Shown here in pieces: positions 61,181 through 61,591 of a DNA stretch of 61,591 nucleotides. Within the stretch, counting starts at the first letter, position 1. Each line of letters begins with the position of its first letter. Location of the stretch: positions 1-61,591 of the forward strand of contig JAEZHZ010000256.1 in the NCBI GenBank assembly GCA_023436745.1. Direction: 5' to 3'. The position numbers were made by a program, and so were the translations under genes. The notes under the pieces are model-generated. The model was given only the letters and a program-made list of their open reading frames with translations, was not told the origin of the DNA and made no database searches. The stretch comes from Pseudomonadota bacterium (GTDB lineage Bacteria > Pseudomonadota > Alphaproteobacteria > Rhizobiales > Devosiaceae).

Positions 61181-61591
61181 CTAGAGGCCGCCGCCGTCCG
61201 TCACGTCACGAACCTTCTGCGCGGCGTCGGCCGCTGCTTCCTCGACCGTCATCGCGCCGGTCAGGGCGTTCTGCAGCATGTCGGGAATGATGATGTTCAT
61301 GATCTCGGGCGTTTCCGGCAGCGTCGGGAACGGCACGCCGTAGGGCAGCATCGAGGTCGTCACGTCGAGGAACTCGATCGAGTCCAGGCGCTCCTTCATC
61401 CAGCTGGTCTTGAAGCCGTTGAGGTTGCCGGGATTCGATCCGGCATAGGCCATCTTCAGCGACCATTCGGGGCTCGTCCAGAAGCAGATCAGGGCCTTGG
61501 CCGCGGCCTCGTCCACTTCGCCACCGTCAACGTATTCGGGATTGAGCATGTGGATGTTGGAGCCGCCGAACACCACCGCGCGACGGCCGTC
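61181..61591 (-). CDS. Sugar ABC transporter substrate-binding protein, C-terminal part (truncated by window end)
   Basis: VFGGSNIH...PDMLQNALTGAMTVEEAAADAA, typical family-1 SBP C-terminus; lies upstream of two permease genes. Confidence 0.82.
   Translation of the reverse strand, partial: DGRRAVVFGGSNIHMLNPEYVDGGEVDEAAAKALICFWTSPEWSLKMAYAGSNPGNLNGFKTSWMKERLDSIEFLDVTTSMLPYGVPFPTLPETPEIMNIIIPDMLQNALTGAMTVEEAAADAAQKVRDVTDGGGL

Overview
GC-rich (roughly two-thirds G+C by eye) alphaproteobacterial chromosomal segment. It looks like Hyphomicrobiales, possibly Devosia, but that is an inference from gene content and style. It is densely coding, with about 56 genes and no rRNA, tRNA, CRISPR array or transposase. 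In order: 3' end of lpdA; yejBEF-yejA peptide ABC transporter; tamA-tamB; an SDR; two small hypothetical genes and an XRE-cupin regulator; epmB-epmA divergent from efp; a general-stress pair (yciF plus tandem DUF2934) behind an EcfG-type promoter; a CE7 esterase; a tightly coupled NHEJ operon (ligD, ku, a BRCT/HTH/TPR protein, an alpha/beta hydrolase, xth) lying directly downstream of a polyol (smo/mtl) operon; a hemerythrin/FnrN oxygen module; a LacI-linked uncharacterised glycan-utilisation locus (heparinase II/III-like, Opp-type ABC transporter, DUF2264, dehydrogenase, LbH-acyltransferase fusion, ThuA); a methyltransferase; a polar amino-acid ABC transporter; DUF1801; a PAS-LuxR regulator with CoA-transferase/thiolase genes; and an enolase-family dehydratase with a CUT1 sugar ABC transporter (partial). 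The most novel-looking element is the extended NHEJ operon, whose TPR protein appears to carry a DNA ligase A/RFC-type BRCT domain and a MerR-like HTH. All family calls come from motif recognition by eye; no database searches were run.
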